Part shown: positions 19,376 to 27,821 of the stretch, in pieces
How positions within the stretch are numbered: the first letter of the stretch is position 1
How the letters are laid out: the number at the start of each line of letters is the position of its first letter
The notes under the pieces: model-generated
Told to the model about the DNA's origin: nothing
What the model saw: the letters and a program-made list of their open reading frames with translations, nothing else
Databases searched by the model: none
Translations under genes and position numbers: made by a program
NCBI GenBank assembly: GCA_902769525.1
Contig: CACXPG010000006.1
Coordinates: 12,432-76,431 of the forward strand
Length of the DNA stretch: 64,000 bases
Direction of reading: 5' to 3'
From: an uncultured Bacteroidia bacterium
Lineage (GTDB): Bacteria; Bacteroidota; Bacteroidia; Bacteroidales; UBA932

Positions 19376-20869
19376 ATGAAAAGATTTATTTCCTGCCTCC
19401 TGGTGGCTACGGCAGTTTTGCTGACAGCGGCATCCTGCGAGGATGAAAAGCCAAATGTGGATATTACTCCGATTATGGACAAGGCTTTAAACCAGTCTTC
19501 AAGTATCTGGTATGCTGATTTCGGATCCTTCCCGCAGAAGTACGACCGCAGCCAGCTTCCGATTGGAGTGTTTGATTCCGGAACGGGCGGACTTACGGTT
19601 CTGGAAGTTATTCTTGCTGCAGACTATCTCGACAACATTGAGGGTGATGCCGGTCCTGACGGAATTCCTGACTTCCACGGAGAAGATTTCCAGTATCTTG
19701 CAGACCAGGCCAATATGCCTTATGGCACTTATTCTTCCGAGGGCAAGGCGGACTATCTGAGAGAGCTTGCTGTAAAGGACGCGCTGTTCCTTCTTGGCGA
19801 AAAGTATTACCTCATGCCAACCGACAAGACTGCCAAAGGCGAGAAGAAAAGATGCAAGATAATTGTTATAGCCTGCAACACCGCCACCGCTTACGGTCTG
19901 GGTGACATCAAGAACCTTCTGGAACTTTCAGGTTCCGGAGTCAGAGTGATCGGTGTTATCAACGCCGGAGTCAACGCCGCATTTGAGGACATCCAGGCTT
20001 CCAGAGAGAGAGACTCGCTTTCAATCGGTGTTATGGCCACTATAGGAACCATCGACTCAGACGCTTACCGCCGCACCATCCTCCAGGTCAAGAAAGAGAG
20101 GAACTACCCTGGATTCGTCCAGGTAGTCAACCAGAAAGGTGCCGGCTTTGCCGAGGCCGTGGATCTGGAGAGCGACTATGTTGACCTTTCCCTTACCTCT
20201 CCAAGAGACTCCTACAGAGGTCCGTCTCTGGGTGAGGGCGAAAGTGACATCAAGGAAGAGCTCCTGCCAGTTTACAATTTCTGCTTTGCCAACAACGGTG
20301 TGCTTTACAAGAAGGAAAACGGCAAATACACTCAGTTCCAGCTGAACTCAGCTGCCAACTATGCCCGCTTCCACCTGGTAAGCCTGTTTGAAAAGTTAAG
20401 GCAGACCAAGGAGCAGGCCCCTCTTAAGAGCATCATTCTTGGATGTACCCATTATCCTTTCCTTCTCGATACTTTAAAGCAGACTCTGCAGGAACTCAAG
20501 GAGTACAAGAAGAACGGAATGTATGTGTATGCCCCTCTGATTTCAGACGACTTCAAGTTCATCGATCCGGCCGTGTTCACAGCAATCGAATGCTGCAAGG
20601 CCCTCAGGGAGGACAAGCTTATGGCCCTCAGGACCAGGAACGGGAATGTTGAAGCTTACATCTCCGTCCCTTACTACAAGGTCGGTTCCAAGAACCTTGA
20701 AAAAGACGGTGGCCTGACTCGTGAGTTCAAATACGGCCGCTTCCCTGGAACTGAAGAGATTACCACAGTTCCTGTTCCATTCTCCAAAGACAATCTCAAT
20801 CCAGACAACCTTAAGAGAATCCAGAAGCTTGTTCCGTACACATACGAAAAGATAAAAGAAAAACTGTAG
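19376..20869 (+). CDS. glutamate racemase homologue with lipoprotein signal peptide
   Basis: ATG at 19376 gives MKRFISCLLVATAVLLTAASC. MurI motifs VFDSGTGGLTV, ACNTATA and GCTHYP are all present. Confidence 0.75.
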   Translation: MKRFISCLLVATAVLLTAASCEDEKPNVDITPIMDKALNQSSSIWYADFGSFPQKYDRSQLPIGVFDSGTGGLTVLEVILAADYLDNIEGDAGPDGIPDFHGEDFQYLADQANMPYGTYSSEGKADYLRELAVKDALFLLGEKYYLMPTDKTAKGEKKRCKIIVIACNTATAYGLGDIKNLLELSGSGVRVIGVINAGVNAAFEDIQASRERDSLSIGVMATIGTIDSDAYRRTILQVKKERNYPGFVQVVNQKGAGFAEAVDLESDYVDLSLTSPRDSYRGPSLGEGESDIKEELLPVYNFCFANNGVLYKKENGKYTQFQLNSAANYARFHLVSLFEKLRQTKEQAPLKSIILGCTHYPFLLDTLKQTLQELKEYKKNGMYVYAPLISDDFKFIDPAVFTAIECCKALREDKLMALRTRNGNVEAYISVPYYKVGSKNLEKDGGLTREFKYGRFPGTEEITTVPVPFSKDNLNPDNLKRIQKLVPYTYEKIKEKL

Positions 20870-20872
20870 CAG

Positions 20873-21454
20873 ATGACATTTCCCCCACATATAGCAACTG
20901 AGCAGATAGAGCAGTTGCCATTGGCTGATTTTAAGGGCAATATAGTTGTCATAGACAGTCAGGGCGAGAATTATCGCAGAGCGCTGGAGACACTTGGAAA
21001 AGAGAAGGTCATCGGTTTTGACACCGAGACCAAGCCTTGCTTTGTGGCAAAGGCTCCCAAGAACAGGATGGCTCTTCTGCAGCTTTCCACGGGTGACAGC
21101 GCTTTCATTTTCCGCCTTCAGCAGTTGGGGCTTCCATCTGAACTGTGCCAGTTGCTTTCCAATCCTGCAATCATTAAGGTTGGCGCCGCTGTCAGGGATG
21201 ACATCAACGGCCTTAACACATACGCCAGGTTCACTTCCAGGGGCTTTGCAGACCTCCAGACCATCGCCGAGAAGTTCGGCATCGAGGAAAAGAGCGTCCG
21301 CAAGATGAGCGCCATCATCCTGGGAATCAGGGTTTCCAAGTCTCAGCAGCTTTCCAACTGGGAGAGTTCCCGCCTGACCGACGCCCAGCTCAGGTATGCC
21401 GCCATTGACGCCTGGGTCTGCAGGCAGATGTACCTTAAACTTATGTCTATTTAG
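20873..21454 (+). CDS. 3'-5' exonuclease (DnaQ/RNase D-like domain)
   Basis: Exo motifs GFDTET, LLQL and YAAIDAW. Confidence 0.85.
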   Translation: MTFPPHIATEQIEQLPLADFKGNIVVIDSQGENYRRALETLGKEKVIGFDTETKPCFVAKAPKNRMALLQLSTGDSAFIFRLQQLGLPSELCQLLSNPAIIKVGAAVRDDINGLNTYARFTSRGFADLQTIAEKFGIEEKSVRKMSAIILGIRVSKSQQLSNWESSRLTDAQLRYAAIDAWVCRQMYLKLMSI

Positions 21455-21472
21455 CGTGTCAAGTTATCTGAT

Positions 21473-22672
21473 ATGGATAATAAAACATTAAACGGAAAAG
21501 TAATCCTGAAAAAAGGCAAGGACCAGAGTCTTCAGCGATTTCATCCCTGGGTTTTCTCCGGTGCTGTAGCAAAGATTGAAGGAGATCCCCAGAACGGCGA
21601 TATTGTCAAAGTCCACTCTTACGACGGAACTCTTCTTGGCAAAGGCCATTTCCAGAGGGGTTCCATTATGGTCAGGATGCTTGTCTGGGACGACTCCGCC
21701 ATTGACGCCTCTTTCTGGCAGAACAGGATTCAGGCAGCTTATACTCAGCGATTAAAGACTCTCGTCTCTCTTGGCGAGGGTATGACTGACTGCTTCCGTC
21801 TGGTCCACGGGGAAGGGGACTATCTCCCAGGCCTGATAGTGGACATCTACGGCAAAGTGGCCGTCATGCAGACTCATTCCGCCGGAATGTATGCCGCCAG
21901 AAAAGAAATCGCTGAGGCTATAAAGACTGTTTTCCACAACAACATAGACGCCATTTATTCCAAATCCACTCCTATTGGCACTTTCGTGGGGGATGATGAC
22001 TATCTCTACAAAAAAGACGGTTTCGACGCCACCGGCATCGAGGTAAAGGAAAACGGCTGCAAGTTCTTCGTGGACTGGGAAAAGGGCCAGAAGACAGGTT
22101 TCTTCCTGGACCAGAGAGACAACCGCAACATGGTCGGACGGCTTTCAGACGGCAGGAGAGTTCTCAACCTCTTCTGCTATACCGGCGGCTTTTCCGTTTA
22201 CGCCTTGAGTGGAGGAGCAGAGGAATGCTGCTCTGTAGACAGTTCCCAGCTTGCCATTGACGCCTGCAAAAACAACCTCAAGCTCAACGGCTTCACCCAA
22301 AACTGCGACTGTGTCTGCACCGATGCCATTGAATACCTCAGAAATGTCGAAAAGGGCAGATACGACCTTATGATCGTTGACCCTCCTGCTTTTGCCAAGC
22401 ATCTTAGCGCCAAGCCAAACGCCCTGAGAGCCTACAGGAAACTTAACTCCATGGCCATCGAAAAGGTTGCCCCAGGCGGCATCGTCTTCACCTTCAGCTG
22501 CTCTCAGGTTGTGGACAAAAACGACTTTGCCCTGGCTGTCTTCTCCGCCGCGACAATAGCAAAGCGCAAGGTCAGGATAATCGCGAGAATGACTCAACCA
22601 TCTGACCATCCGGTAGATATCTGCCACCCGGAAGGCGAATATCTCAAAGGCTTGGTCCTTTATGTTGAATAA
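21473..22672 (+). CDS. rlmI: 23S rRNA (cytosine-C5)-methyltransferase RlmI-like
   Basis: N-terminal PUA-like region, SAM motif LNLFCYTGGFSV and DPPAF. Confidence 0.85.
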   Translation: MDNKTLNGKVILKKGKDQSLQRFHPWVFSGAVAKIEGDPQNGDIVKVHSYDGTLLGKGHFQRGSIMVRMLVWDDSAIDASFWQNRIQAAYTQRLKTLVSLGEGMTDCFRLVHGEGDYLPGLIVDIYGKVAVMQTHSAGMYAARKEIAEAIKTVFHNNIDAIYSKSTPIGTFVGDDDYLYKKDGFDATGIEVKENGCKFFVDWEKGQKTGFFLDQRDNRNMVGRLSDGRRVLNLFCYTGGFSVYALSGGAEECCSVDSSQLAIDACKNNLKLNGFTQNCDCVCTDAIEYLRNVEKGRYDLMIVDPPAFAKHLSAKPNALRAYRKLNSMAIEKVAPGGIVFTFSCSQVVDKNDFALAVFSAATIAKRKVRIIARMTQPSDHPVDICHPEGEYLKGLVLYVE

Positions 22673-22686
22673 TCAAAAAAGATTGC

Positions 22687-22694
22687 TATATTTG
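22687..22694 (+). promoter_or_regulatory. -7 box (TATATTTG) upstream of tRNA-Cys
   Basis: TAnnTTTG match 13 nt before tRNA position 1. Confidence 0.4.
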
Positions 22695-22706
22695 CATTCC
22701 CAATCC

Positions 22707-22780
22707 GGTACCATGGCCGAGTGGCTAGGCAACGGTCTGCAAAACCGTGTACAGCAGTTCGATTCTGCTTGGTACCTCCA
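22707..22780 (+). tRNA. tRNA-Cys (anticodon GCA), CCA encoded
   Basis: Folded by hand. 7-bp acceptor GGTACCA/TGGTACC, anticodon stem ACGGT/ACCGT with loop CTGCAAA, T-arm AGCAG-TTCGATT-CTGCT, discriminator U73, CCA. Confidence 0.95.
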
Positions 22781-22790
22781 ATGAACAAAT

Positions 22791-22821
22791 AACCCCTTCC
22801 AGAACGTCTCTGAAAGGGGTT
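22791..22821 (+). terminator. hairpin after tRNA-Cys
   Basis: 8-bp stem aacccctt/aaggggtt with a 15-nt loop. Only a weak T-rich tail follows. Confidence 0.4.
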
Positions 22822-23066
22822 TCCTGTTATAAGACCTGTTCTGTTTGGGCCTATCTTGAGACTGAAAATGAGACTGGAAAAATCTGGTCGCAAATTGAGG
22901 CTTAACTCCGATTACAACAATGAGTTGTGCTGTATTTACGACATTGTGATACTAACAAGAGGGTAAAATAGGGTATTGAATGGTGAAAAGAGGATTTGAG
23001 GTATTTGAGACGATTTAAATATTTTAAAGGGGTGTTTGAAATGCTCTAATTTCTAAGTAGAATCAT

Positions 23067-23074
23067 TAAATTTG
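23067..23074 (+). promoter_or_regulatory. -7 box (TAAATTTG) upstream of the type IIG gene
   Basis: TAnnTTTG match 30 nt before the ATG at 23104. Confidence 0.4.
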
Positions 23075-23103
23075 TATGATTCGCAATAAGAAACAAAGTA
23101 CGC

Positions 23104-26100
23104 ATGGATTTAAAACAATATATCTCCGAATTAAACCTTCAGTACAAAACAGGTATTGCTCGTGAACACTCTTATCGTCCTGCTTTGAAGGATCTCTTGC
23201 AGAGTTTGTTGCCCAAAATGGTTGTTACAAACGAACCTGCACACATTGAGTGTGGCGCACCTGATTATATCATCTCAAGGAAGAATGATCATCTTCCTGT
23301 GTTCTTTGTAGAAGCAAAGGATGTTGGAGATACAGATCTTGACGGAAGAAGTAAGAAACAACATAAGGAACAATTTGATAGATATAAACAGGCTCTAGAC
23401 CATATCATCTTCACGGACTATTTAGACTTTCATTTGTATGAAAATGGAGAGTTCGTTGATAGTGTAAGAATTGCCGAAATTAGAGGCAATAAGATTGTTG
23501 GGATTTTTGAAGCAGAAGAAAAGTTCATTGGCATGATTCATCATCTGGGTACTTCTGGTATTCAGCGAATTACTTCAGCACCTCGTCTGGCTAAATTGAT
23601 GGCTGGCAAAGCTCGTCTATTGGCAAATATCATTGAACAGGCAATGAACGACGAGACGCAATCATATGATAATGACAATCTTCAAGGACAATATAATGCC
23701 TTTAAGGATGTACTTATTCAGGACTTAAAAAAGGAAGACTTTGCAGATATCTATGCCCAAACGATAGCCTATGGTTTGTTTGCCGCACGTCTGCATGATG
23801 ATACCCCCGAGGACTTTAGCCGTGAAGAGGCAGCTCGCCTTATTCCGAAAACTAACCCTTTCTTACGTCAGATATTCAACAATCTTGCAGGGAATGATCT
23901 AGATGAGCGAATATCGTGGGTTGTCGATGATTTAGTTCTTGTGTTCCAAGCCACTAACCTTCAGAAATTGATGGACAGTTACAAAAGGAATAAACTCCAT
24001 CATGATCCAATGATTCATTTTTATGAGGATTTTTTGTCTGAATACAACCCTAAGTTGCGAAAATCGAAAGGTGTTTGGTATACGCCACAACCAGTAGTAA
24101 GTTTCATAGTAAGGGCTGTTGATGAGATTCTTCAAAAAGAATTCAGTCTAGCTGACGGATTAGCAGATTACTCTATGGTAGAACGTGACGTTGCTGTTGA
24201 GCAGAGTCGCGACAGACGCACAATAGATGGTATGAAGCATATGAAACAGCGATTCCATAGAGTGCAAATACTTGATCCTGCCACAGGCACAGGTACTTTT
24301 TTAGCAGAAGTTGTGAATCAGATATATGATCGCTATCGCAACAATCAAGGAATCTGGCAACAGTATGTTGAACAGCACCTATTGCCTCGTCTGAATGGTT
24401 TCGAGATTCTAATGGCTTCGTATGCAGTAGCACACCTGAAGATCGACATGTTACTATCAGAAACAGGTTATCAGCATAAATCAGATAAGCGACTTCATAT
24501 ATATTTAACCAACTCATTAGAAGAAAGCAACAACGAGCCGCGCACTCTTTTTGCTCAGTGGTTGAGCCGTGAAGCGACGGAGGCAAATGATATCAAACGA
24601 GATCGCCCTGTTATGGTAATGATAGGCAATCCTCCGTACTCCATCAGCAGCCAGAATAATGGAAGTTGGATAACAAATCTCACTGCCCTTTATAAAAAAG
24701 ATTTGAATGAAAGAAATATCCAACCCCTTAGTGATGATTACATTAAATTCATTCGCTTAGGCCAGTATTATGTTGAAAAGAATGGAGAGGGTATACTTTC
24801 TTATATCAGCAACAATGGCTTTATTGATGGTACTACTCACCGCCAGATGAGATTGTCTTTAATGCAAGTGTTTGATGATATTTATATTATTGATTTACAT
24901 GGAAATAGCCGCAAACATGAAATAGCTCCTGATGGAAGTATAGACGAAAATGTTTTTGATATTATGCAAGGAGTAAGCATTAATATTTTTGTTAAATCAG
25001 GAGGAAAAGCAAAAGGTAAATATGCAAATGTTTATCATCATAGTTTATATGGTACTCGAGAGGATAAGTATTCTTTTTTGAATAGAGCTTCATTGGCAAC
25101 GATTCCTTTTAAAAAACTGAAACCAGTAGAACCTTATTTCTTCTTTTCTCCCAAAGATTTTTCTGTTCAAGGAGAGTATGAAAGAGGATTCAAGATAGAT
25201 GAGTTAATGCCTAATAATTGTATTGGAGTTGCAACGGGTAAGGATGATACTCTAGTAAGAATTAGTGAAGACGAGTTCAATTCTATGAATATGACTAATA
25301 CTGATTATATTCAGAAGTATTCCTATCGACCTTTTGACGAACGATATATATATTATGACACTTCTATAGTGCAAAGAGCCAGAGAACGGATAATGAGGCA
25401 TATGAAGAAGGATAATATTTCCTTATTGTGTACATCTAAAAATAGACAGTTAAGTACATTGTATTTTTCTGTATCTCATAATATATCGGATAGGCATTAT
25501 TTAGATTCATCTTCTGACAGTATGAGTGTCTTCCCTCTTTATCTCTATAGTTCAAATATGGGTATAGAAGACCGTACTGTTAATTTCAATACTGGGTTGT
25601 ACGTAAAAATTGCCGAAGGGCTAAATTTCTATCCATCTTTTGATAAGAGGGTCGGTGATTCTACGAGGGGGTACGATGGGGTGCTTACTCCTCAAGATCT
25701 TTTCGACTACATCTTTGCCATTTTGCACAATCCTAGTTATCGCGAACGTTACAAAGAATTCCTCAAGATAAGTTTTCCTCGAATACCATATCCGAAGGAT
25801 AAACAAAAGTTCCATGTTTTAGTGGAAATGGGTACTAAGCTAAGAATGCTGCACTTGATGCAAAATTTACCTTCTCAGACGGGCATTTCTTTCCCAGAAT
25901 CAGGTTCTTTGAGGATAGATCGACTTCAGTGGCAGAATAATCGTGTTTATATCAACGCTGAGCAATACTTTGAGGGTGTTTCAGAATTAGCCTGGAACTT
26001 CTTCATTGGTGGATACCAACCTGCTCAGAAGTGGCTCAAAGACCGTAAGGGGCGCACATTGAATTTCAATGATATCCTCCATTATGGCCGCATTATTTAT

Positions 26101-26160
26101 GTTCTTGAACAGATTGATAAGATTATGAAAGAGATTGACGAACTGAATCCTTTTAATTAA
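23104..26160 (+). CDS. type IIG restriction-modification enzyme (fused PD-ExK nuclease, gamma-class N6-adenine MTase, C-terminal specificity region)
   Basis: N-terminal GAPDYII(D54)...FFVEAK(E70,K72) fits PD-(D/E)xK. Also GVWYTPQPVV, SAM motif ILDPATGTGTF (aa 389-399) and NPPY at aa 509-512 (nt 24628-24639). 1018 aa. Confidence 0.8.
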   Translation: MDLKQYISELNLQYKTGIAREHSYRPALKDLLQSLLPKMVVTNEPAHIECGAPDYIISRKNDHLPVFFVEAKDVGDTDLDGRSKKQHKEQFDRYKQALDHIIFTDYLDFHLYENGEFVDSVRIAEIRGNKIVGIFEAEEKFIGMIHHLGTSGIQRITSAPRLAKLMAGKARLLANIIEQAMNDETQSYDNDNLQGQYNAFKDVLIQDLKKEDFADIYAQTIAYGLFAARLHDDTPEDFSREEAARLIPKTNPFLRQIFNNLAGNDLDERISWVVDDLVLVFQATNLQKLMDSYKRNKLHHDPMIHFYEDFLSEYNPKLRKSKGVWYTPQPVVSFIVRAVDEILQKEFSLADGLADYSMVERDVAVEQSRDRRTIDGMKHMKQRFHRVQILDPATGTGTFLAEVVNQIYDRYRNNQGIWQQYVEQHLLPRLNGFEILMASYAVAHLKIDMLLSETGYQHKSDKRLHIYLTNSLEESNNEPRTLFAQWLSREATEANDIKRDRPVMVMIGNPPYSISSQNNGSWITNLTALYKKDLNERNIQPLSDDYIKFIRLGQYYVEKNGEGILSYISNNGFIDGTTHRQMRLSLMQVFDDIYIIDLHGNSRKHEIAPDGSIDENVFDIMQGVSINIFVKSGGKAKGKYANVYHHSLYGTREDKYSFLNRASLATIPFKKLKPVEPYFFFSPKDFSVQGEYERGFKIDELMPNNCIGVATGKDDTLVRISEDEFNSMNMTNTDYIQKYSYRPFDERYIYYDTSIVQRARERIMRHMKKDNISLLCTSKNRQLSTLYFSVSHNISDRHYLDSSSDSMSVFPLYLYSSNMGIEDRTVNFNTGLYVKIAEGLNFYPSFDKRVGDSTRGYDGVLTPQDLFDYIFAILHNPSYRERYKEFLKISFPRIPYPKDKQKFHVLVEMGTKLRMLHLMQNLPSQTGISFPESGSLRIDRLQWQNNRVYINAEQYFEGVSELAWNFFIGGYQPAQKWLKDRKGRTLNFNDILHYGRIIYVLEQIDKIMKEIDELNPFN

Positions 26161-26166
26161 AAGAAC

Positions 26167-26427
26167 ATGTTGTCAGATAACTCAATTCCAAAAGATTGGA
26201 GACATAGTTTCTCTAAAGCCACAACCCTCTCAGAAGTCGCAGACCTCTTTAACGAAGCAGAGCAATACTCTGATTTTGATTGCTGTGCTGAATTAGAAGT
26301 ATGGTGCAAAGACCACCCTGCAAAAATGGCAGGTTTAGATAAGCCTATATACATATTCGCTGAGACCGAGACAGAGCAACTTGTTTACAGGGATTCAGAG
26401 AGAAAATGGTTCTTAATGTCCAAATAG
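26167..26427 (+). CDS. hypothetical small acidic protein
   Basis: 86 aa, starting 6 nt after the R-M stop. About 17 D/E versus 10 K/R by my count. No signal peptide or recognisable domain. Confidence 0.5.
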   Translation: MLSDNSIPKDWRHSFSKATTLSEVADLFNEAEQYSDFDCCAELEVWCKDHPAKMAGLDKPIYIFAETETEQLVYRDSERKWFLMSK

Positions 26428-26458
26428 ATTGTTGAAGAATTAGATTGTTGAAATACAA

Positions 26459-27676
26459 ATGAAAAGGCTTTCTTTGTTTTTATTAATTCTATTGTATTCT
26501 ATTGATGCATTTGCCCAACATACACATTCGCGTGGTGGAAATTCATTTTATTGGGCATTCGTTGGTGCTGTTGGAGCTGGTATATGTTATATTGTTTTTT
26601 TAACTATCTCATTTTTACCAACATTATTCAAAAGGAAAAAGAAATTATTAAAAACTGAGGCAGAGATTAAAGCTATTAATACAGAGGTAAATACTGTAGA
26701 ATCTGATGTAAAGAAAGAGTCTGTTGCTATTCTAAAGAAAACAAACTATAGAGATTCAGATAACACTAAGAACAATTTTCATAGAAGCGGTAATATCGCG
26801 AATGTCTGGAAGAATAAACGGACACTTATAGCCGTTGTTCTATATCTGTTTTTGTTATTATCATCAGTATTATTAGTCAATAATCATATTGACAACAAGC
26901 GTATAAAGCTTTATCGTGACTTATTTGGGCGAATTTTAAATGCATTTGACGGATACCGTGCTGAAGCCTTAAATAAAGATATCGAAGAATATTTTCTTGA
27001 ATACAAAGAGGTACCAATACCTCCATTCCCAGTAGATGGCTCGAAAATTGATCGCTATCATTGGGATAATATGTTTTCAGGTATTGAACATTTGTATAAG
27101 ATTAAGGGAGGCAATTGGGTTATGAGTGGCATACAATTTCAGCCTATTTGTGATAATAGTGGTGTTTGCATTACTGAGGGTATTGAAATTTATAAATATA
27201 TGCCATATATGATATGTGTGCCGCAGGGCTTTGACTTCAACACTCAAATTGCACGAGCTATTCTAAATAAATCATTGGAAAAGGTTTATTGCGAGCCAGA
27301 GCAATTTGATAAGCGATATGAATTAACATATACAAGGGAGGAGAATGAGAATAAGTATTATAAAATACAAGGGCGGCTGTATCTTAGAGATAGCGTACTA
27401 ATGGAAAGAAATTCCCATCATTATTCTGAAGCTACAGGTAATGAACCTATATATGAAGACGGTAGATTTATGGGGTTTTGGTATGGAATGGATTTCATTA
27501 ACCATTACAGAGTGCTTTATCGATGTGTTGAAGAATCGTATTGGATAGTTGAAGAAAAAAGAGAAGCATCGGTAAAAGATAGGTTTTTGCTATATGGAGG
27601 AGCTTTTCTAATTCTTTCTTGTTTACTTTCCTTGTTCCTTTTAAGGGAAAAGAGAAAGAATAAACTACAGTCATAA
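26459..27676 (+). CDS. hypothetical membrane protein (signal peptide plus 3 TM, about 235-aa extracytoplasmic Cys-containing domain)
   Basis: Signal peptide ending in AFA-Q. TM helices are at about aa 30-57, 123-141 and 373-392. Lys/Arg-rich segments follow TM1 and TM3. No recognisable domain. Confidence 0.6.
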   Translation: MKRLSLFLLILLYSIDAFAQHTHSRGGNSFYWAFVGAVGAGICYIVFLTISFLPTLFKRKKKLLKTEAEIKAINTEVNTVESDVKKESVAILKKTNYRDSDNTKNNFHRSGNIANVWKNKRTLIAVVLYLFLLLSSVLLVNNHIDNKRIKLYRDLFGRILNAFDGYRAEALNKDIEEYFLEYKEVPIPPFPVDGSKIDRYHWDNMFSGIEHLYKIKGGNWVMSGIQFQPICDNSGVCITEGIEIYKYMPYMICVPQGFDFNTQIARAILNKSLEKVYCEPEQFDKRYELTYTREENENKYYKIQGRLYLRDSVLMERNSHHYSEATGNEPIYEDGRFMGFWYGMDFINHYRVLYRCVEESYWIVEEKREASVKDRFLLYGGAFLILSCLLSLFLLREKRKNKLQS

Positions 27677-27821
27677 ATATGCAAAGGAGCCTAAATTACA
27701 TTTTAAGTATGTAGCACTTATCATTTTATGTGCCTGTGCCTTTATTCCTGAAATGCTAAGAGAAAAGCGATAGTTTAAGTGATGACAAAGATGATTTGAG
27801 ACATAGATTAAATAGCTGTTT

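Noticed and set aside
22781-23103. Possible att site or direct repeat of the tRNA-Cys 3' end, and the short tandem gagactg(a/g)aaa x2 near 22858-22885
   Set aside because: I could not locate a matching copy at the distal end of the island (29.0-30.9 kb) by eye. The tandem is too short to interpret.
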